In this document: one piece after another, positions 58,945-64,000 of the stretch
How the letters are laid out: each line of letters opens with the position of its first letter
Numbering within the stretch: position 1 is the first letter of the stretch
Assembly (NCBI GenBank): GCA_963735225.1
Contig: CAVTKE010000012.1
Coordinates: forward strand, 516,820-580,819
Length of the DNA: 64,000 bases
From: an uncultured Alphaproteobacteria bacterium
GTDB lineage: Bacteria > Pseudomonadota > Alphaproteobacteria > Acetobacterales > Acetobacteraceae
Direction of reading: 5' to 3'
Notes under the pieces: generated by a model
What the model was told of the DNA's origin: nothing
What the model saw: the letters and a program-made list of their open reading frames with translations, nothing else
Databases searched by the model: none
Position numbers and translations under genes: made by a program

Positions 58945-59865
58945 GTGACTGGAGCGCTGGACGCATTCGACGAACCGCTGCGCGAAACCGCCGCCGAACA
59001 GGCGAAGATCCTGGTGCACGCGCTGCCGTTCCTGCGCCGCTACGCCGGTGCCACCATCGTGGTGAAATACGGCGGCCACGCGATGGGCGAGGAGCATCTG
59101 GCGCAGCATGTTCGGCCGCGACATCGCGCTGCTGAAGCAGGTCGGCGTGAACCCGGTGGTGGTGCATGGCGGCGGCCCGCAGATCAACGCCATGCTGAAG
59201 CGGCTGGCGATCCAGTCCACCTTCGTCGACGGACTGCGCGTGACCGACGCGGCGATGGTGGAGGTGGTGGAGATGGTGCTGGCCGGCACCGTCAACAAGC
59301 ACGTCGCCGGCCTGATCAACCGGGCCGGCGCGCTCGCGGTGGGCATCTGCGGCAAGGATGGCGGCATGATCCGCGCGCGCAAGCTGCGCCGTACCAAGAA
59401 GGACCCCGGCAGCAACATCGAGCGCGTGCTCGACCTCGGCTTCGTCGGCGAGCCGGAGCATGTCGATGTCCGCGTGATCCACGCGCTGACCGGCGCCGGA
59501 CTGGTTCCGGTGATCGCGCCGGTCGGCGTCGGTGCGGACGGCCAGACCTACAACATCAACGCCGACACCGTGGCCGGCGCGATCGCCGGCGCGCTCGGCG
59601 CCACCCGCCTGCTGATGCTGACCGACGTGCGCGGGCGTGCTCGACGACGACAAGCGGCTGATCCCCGAGCTGATCGGTGGCCGATGTCGAGGCCGGCATC
59701 GCCAGCGGCATGATCACCGGCGGCATGATCCCCAAGGTGGAGAACTGCGTCGACGCGGTGCGCCGCGGCGCCAAGGGCGCCGTCATCCTCGATGGCCGCC
59801 TGCCGCATGCCTGCCTGCTGGAACTGTTCACCGAAGGCGGCCCCGGGACAATTATCCGCGCCTGA
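58945..59865 (+). CDS. argB: acetylglutamate kinase ArgB (frameshifted)
   Basis: GTG start. Contains [89 protein letters not shown] and [40 protein letters not shown]. Confidence 0.88.
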
Positions 59866-59890
59866 GGCCCTGATCGTACTACGCGTCTTC

Positions 59891-60295
59891 CTACTGCCCG
59901 ACCACCACGTTGATGACGCGCCGGCCGCGGCTCGGGGCGCCGGGGATGACGCCATTCAGTTCGAAATGGTCGGGGCCGACATAGCCGGGATTGGGGAGGT
60001 AGATTACTCGGTACTGGCCACCGTTCTCGCTGATCGACAGCTTGCCGTGCTGTGGCGGCGTCGTCACGTCCATGCCGGAGAAGGTGCTCGGGCCAGATCG
60101 CGTTCCGCCGGTACTCGCGAGCGGCAGGTACATGCAAGAGGCGTTGGGCTTGACCGTCATCAAGCCATGGAAGGCAGAGTCACCGCCGCCAGCCTGGCGT
60201 GTGTAGGTGCATCCGGGCTGGCCCTGGGCGTGCGCCGCAGGGGTCAGCGCCAGGATCAGTGGAAGAGCCAGCAGATGTCGAACGAGGTGGCTCAT
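59891..60295 (-). CDS. small secreted hypothetical protein (Sec signal peptide, 2 Cys)
   Basis: Intact 134-aa ORF. MSHLVRHLLALPLILALTPAAHA|QGQ looks like a signal peptide with an AHA-Q cleavage site. No recognisable domain. Confidence 0.5.
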   Translation of the reverse strand: MSHLVRHLLALPLILALTPAAHAQGQPGCTYTRQAGGGDSAFHGLMTVKPNASCMYLPLASTGGTRSGPSTFSGMDVTTPPQHGKLSISENGGQYRVIYLPNPGYVGPDHFELNGVIPGAPSRGRRVINVVVGQ

Positions 60296-60430
60296 GGCGT
60301 CTCTCCGGCCGGTAAGAAGGCGGGAGACGCAACATACACCTAAGGATTCCGGCCTTTATCGGCGGCAGACCGGCCATTTGCGCTTGATTCGGTCGCGGCT
60401 GGATTTCGCGAAGGATTTCAGGACTTCGCG

Positions 60431-61650
60431 TCATCGTTTCGTGATCGCCGCGAAATGTCCTACCGTCCCATTTTGCTCAGAAAATCGATTTGCCAACCCA
60501 TTTCCTCGATGGCCAGGGGGAATGCGTCGCCGGAGCTTGGGCGCAGCAATGCATCGGGGCCGATACGGGCGAGCAGGGTCTGCAGCGGCACCGCCACGCG
60601 CATCGAAAACCCAGCTTTCCACACCAGGCTGACCAGCCCCTTGGCGCTGGACGAATTGTCCGGCCGCGCCGACCTCGACCCCGATCTGGCCGCGGAACTG
60701 CGGCGGCGGCTCGATGCCAATTTTCGGCCGGCGCCCTCCGCACGCCTGGAACCGAGCCTTGAGGAGGCGATGGGCGCGGCGCGGCACCTGTTCACCGAAG
60801 ACCGCCTCGACGAGGCGGCATTGCTCGGCGCGGTCCAGCGCGGCGAGGTCCGCATGGCGACGGCGTTGCTGGCGGTCGCAGCCGACGATCTCGGACAAGG
60901 CGCGGGTGGCGCGGGCACTCAGCGATGGCCGGCGCACCAGCGGCGCGTGCCATTCAAGCTGCGTCGCCGCCCGGCCGATCAGCCCGTCCAATGTCGATTC
61001 GCGGATCGCCGCCGTCGGGTTGCGGAGCAGGGCGGTGATCGCGCCAGCATCGGTACTGGCGGCGATCACGTCGGAGACGGTTTCGCTCAATCCCTGGCGG
61101 TGCGCGATGGCGGTCGCGGTCACTGATGACCGCGGCGAGGCCAGCATCGCCAGCAGATCCTCGGCGGTCAGCAGCGGCGAAAGCCGGATCACCGGGCCGC
61201 ATACCGACAGCTCGGCATCGCAAGCCAGCCGCAGGATCAAGGCGCGCGGCACTTGCGGCATGTCCTTCACGGCTTCGGCAATCGCCGCGCGAACCCGGGT
61301 CGCGGTGTCCTCCACCAGCTCGCTCAGGGTTGCAAGCGCTTGTTCCTGCAACTGATCCCTGTTGGCGCTGGGAAGCCCGGGGATCAGCAGCGCCAGCCGG
61401 CGGGCGAGCAGCGTGCGCACCCGTTCGTCGCCATCGGCGGCGAGCACCCGATCGAGCTGGCGTGGCGCCGCCGGGTTCATCGCCACCGCGGCGCGCACCG
61501 TCACCGCGCTGTCGCGGGCCAGCGCCATGAGCACGTCCGGCGCGGTGTCGGCGCTGGCGCCCAGCCGCACGCGGGCGCCAAGGTCGCTCGCTTGGGCGCC
61601 GAGGTCGCCGTCGCTTGCTGCGGGGCGGAGGTCGGGGGCGGTGTCCAGCA
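60431..61650 (-). CDS. DUF2336-like alpha-helical repeat protein (frameshifted; C-terminal boundary uncertain)
   Basis: [12 protein letters not shown]...APDVLMALARDSAVTVRAAVAMNPAAPRQLDRVLAADGDERVRTLLARRLALLIP...RVRAAIAEAVKDMPQVPRALILRLACDAELSVCGPVIRLSPLLTAEDLLAML. These are repeated HEAT-like helical units typical of alphaproteobacterial DUF2336. Confidence 0.5.
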
Positions 61651-63118
61651 TCACGCCGCCTCCGGCCGCGACACGCGCCAATGGCCGCGGCCGGCGCGTT
61701 TCACCTCGTACATCGCCTGATCGGCGCGATGGATCAGTGCGTCGATCTCTTCGCCCTGGCCGGGCCAGCGGGTCGCGATGCCGATCGACATGCCGAGCGC
61801 CGGCAATCCGCCAGGTCCTGGACACCGGGAAAATCGACCAGTGCGCCAGGTGCGGCGAGGCGCAGGCTCTCGGCCCGCTCGGCGGCGGTGAACTCGTCGG
61901 CGCCGTCCAGCCACAGCGCGAATTCGTCGCCGCCGAAGCGTGCCACGAGGTCGGCTCGGGCGCACCGTCGCGCGCAGCAATTCGGCGGTGAGGCACAGCG
62001 CCTCGTCGCCGGCGTCGTGGCCGCAGCGATCGTTCAGCGCCTTGAAGTTGTCGAGGTCGACGAACACCAGCGTGCCCGGCAGCTGCTCGCGCTCCAGCCG
62101 ATCGAACGGCGCCGCGCTCTCGTCGAGGAAGGCGCGGCGGTTGAGCAGGCCGGTCAGCGGATCGGTGCGGGCCTGGCGGGCCATTTCGCGCTGGATCGCC
62201 TCATGCTCCAGTATGACGCGGATGATGCCGGTGACCGACGCGGTCAGCGCCTGCTCCTCGGCGTCCCACGCGCGCGCTCCGGGTGAGCGCCACAGCGCGA
62301 AGCCGGTCTGCTCGCCGAACCGGTTTTGCGCCCGGGCAGACCAGCACCAGCCGCCCGTCCGGGGCGATGGCCTGGGAGGTTTCGGTCGCGCCGCCTTCCA
62401 GCAGCATCAGGGCGGTGGTCTGGCACCAGCGGCAACGCGGCGCCGGTCGCGTGCAGCACCAGCGGGCCGCTGCCTTCGCCAACGAGGTCGATCACCGCGA
62501 CAGCCCTCGGCCCCGAGGCCGGCGATCAGCGCCGTCCATCGCCGCCTGCATCATCCGCGGCGCCAGCACCTCCTGGCGGATGCTCGCCAGGATGTGGTGC
62601 AACAATTCGCCGCGACGCAACGCGGTGGCGACGCGGGCGTCGTAGCTGTCCTGCTCGGTCACGTCCTGGCCGACGCCGCGGGCGCCGACGATGCGGCCAT
62701 CGGCATCCAGCAGCGGGGTGACGGCGAGGCTCAGGCAGGTGAAGCGGCCGTCGGCTCGGCGCAACCAACTCCGGCGGCGGCGCACCAAGGCGGCGGGGCG
62801 GAACGGGTTGAAGCCGCCGCTGTCGCCCGGCTCCGCCAGCAGCAGCTCGGCCGGTTGCCCGAGCAGCGTCTGGGCCGGCCAGTTCATGACCGTATCCGGC
62901 GCCACGAAGACGAAACGGCCGGCGGCATCGGTCTCGAACGCGAAATCCGCCGCCAGCAGCACCAGCTCGCGCCAGCGCTGGCGGCTGTCGAGCAACGCAT
63001 CGCGCAAGGTCGCCTCATCGAGTGCGGCCTCGGCGCGGGCCGCCGCGGCGTGGCACGGCGCGGGCGCCATCGGCGGCGCCGGCTGGTCGCATTCGATCGA
63101 AGCACTGATGCGGGTCAT
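61651..63118 (-). CDS. PAS-sensor diguanylate cyclase (PAS + GGDEF), frameshifted
   Basis: The N-terminal PAS reads [35 protein letters not shown]...[37 protein letters not shown]. The GGDEF part reads [15 protein letters not shown]...[22 protein letters not shown]...[11 protein letters not shown]...IGIATR...[14 protein letters not shown]. Confidence 0.75.
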
Positions 63119-63259
63119 TGGCCTGCGGAATCCCTCTGCCGCGCCTATTGCAGGCCAGAGTGGTAAATTACGGGTTATTGCCGCCGCCCGTTCGCTGCGA
63201 ATTGACACTGGCCGCCGTGCTTGCGCATTGCTCGGCCACAGCAGCGGAGCATCCGACAG

Positions 63260-64000
63260 CATGACCGACCACCCCTTGCGCGCGACCATCGAGGCCCTGT
63301 GGGAGCGCCGCGACGGGCTCAGCGCCGCCACCACGGGTGCCGACCGGGACGGCGTCGAGCGGGCGCTGGAATTGCTCGATGCCGGCCAGGCTCGCGTCGC
63401 CGAGCCGGACGGCCAGGGTGGCTGGCGGGTGAACCAGTGGCTGAAGCAGGCGGTGCTGCTGTCGTTCCGGCTGCGCGATTCGGCGCCGATGGAGATTTCC
63501 GGCGCGGCGCTTACGACAAGGTGCCGCTGAAATTCGAGGGCTGGGGCGAGAACCGGTTCCGCGAGGCCGGCTTTCGCGCGGTCCCCGGCGCGATCGTGCG
63601 CCGCTCCGCCTATATCGCGCCGAACGTCGTGCTGATGCCGAGCTTCGTGAATGTCGGCGCCTATGTCGGCGCCACCACCATGGTGGACACCTGGGCGACC
63701 GTCGGCTCCTGCGCGCAGATCGGCCGCAACTGCCATTTGTCGGGCGGCGTCGGCATCGGCGGGGTGCTGGAGCCGTTGCAGGCCAATCCGGTGGTGATCG
63801 AGGATGATTGCTTCATCGGCGCCCGCTCCGAAGTGGTCGAGGGCGTGATCGTCGAGCGCGGCAGCGTGCTGTCCATGGGGGTGTTCCTCAGCGCCATCGA
63901 CCAAGATCATCGACCGCGCGACCGGCGAGATCTTCATCGGCCGAGTGCCGGCCTACTCGGTCGTGGTGCCCGGCACGTTGGCCGGCCGGCCGTTGCCGGA
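63260..64000 (+). CDS. dapD: 2,3,4,5-tetrahydropyridine-2,6-dicarboxylate N-succinyltransferase DapD (frameshifted near 63510; runs off the window end)
   Basis: [21 protein letters not shown]...[19 protein letters not shown] ... [110 protein letters not shown] (hexapeptide repeats). Confidence 0.88.

Overview
High-GC (~70%) chromosomal segment that looks alphaproteobacterial (Rhodospirillales/Acetobacteraceae-like gene content and order). Nearly all of it is conserved housekeeping genes: no integrase, transposase, phage gene, CRISPR array, tRNA or rRNA was found. Main blocks, in order: (1) the dcw cell-division cluster on the minus strand (mraY' partial, murF, murE, ftsI, ftsL, rsmH, mraZ) with an MraZ-type operator, then RNase P RNA (rnpB); (2) DjlA-like co-chaperone and a divergent MarR-GNAT fusion; (3) a fused hydantoinase/5-oxoprolinase and an AsmA-family protein; (4) fumC, then a contiguous queuosine block queG-queF-tgt-queA-yhhQ, a VOC protein, class I fumarase and sspB; (5) thyX, a ribokinase-like kinase, apbC, hflK-hflC, degP, serB, miaA, ilvBNC; (6) an orphan MBOAT + AlgJ-like O-acyltransferase pair, a 2-hydroxyacid dehydrogenase, leuA and a lower-GC GNAT islet; (7) the elongasome block mreBCD-mrdA-rodA; (8) tam, a HisKA-only kinase remnant, a patatin-like lipase, a 14-bp tandem repeat and a TVP38(DedA)-FAD oxidoreductase fusion; (9) rpmH-rnpA-yidD-yidC-yihA-argB, a small secreted protein, a DUF2336 protein, a PAS-GGDEF cyclase and dapD. 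Most conserved genes, including essential ones such as ftsI, murE, yidC and ilvB, are broken by 1-bp-type frameshifts roughly every 0.5-1 kb. I read these as sequence errors rather than biology, and gene boundaries are approximate for that reason. I could not identify a convincing previously undescribed multi-gene system from sequence alone. The candidates worth follow-up are the orphan MBOAT/AlgJ module, the low-GC GNAT gene with a terminator-bearing leader, the tandem-repeat/HisKA-only/patatin/DedA-oxidoreductase neighbourhood, and the long inverted repeat inside the mre-mrd operon.
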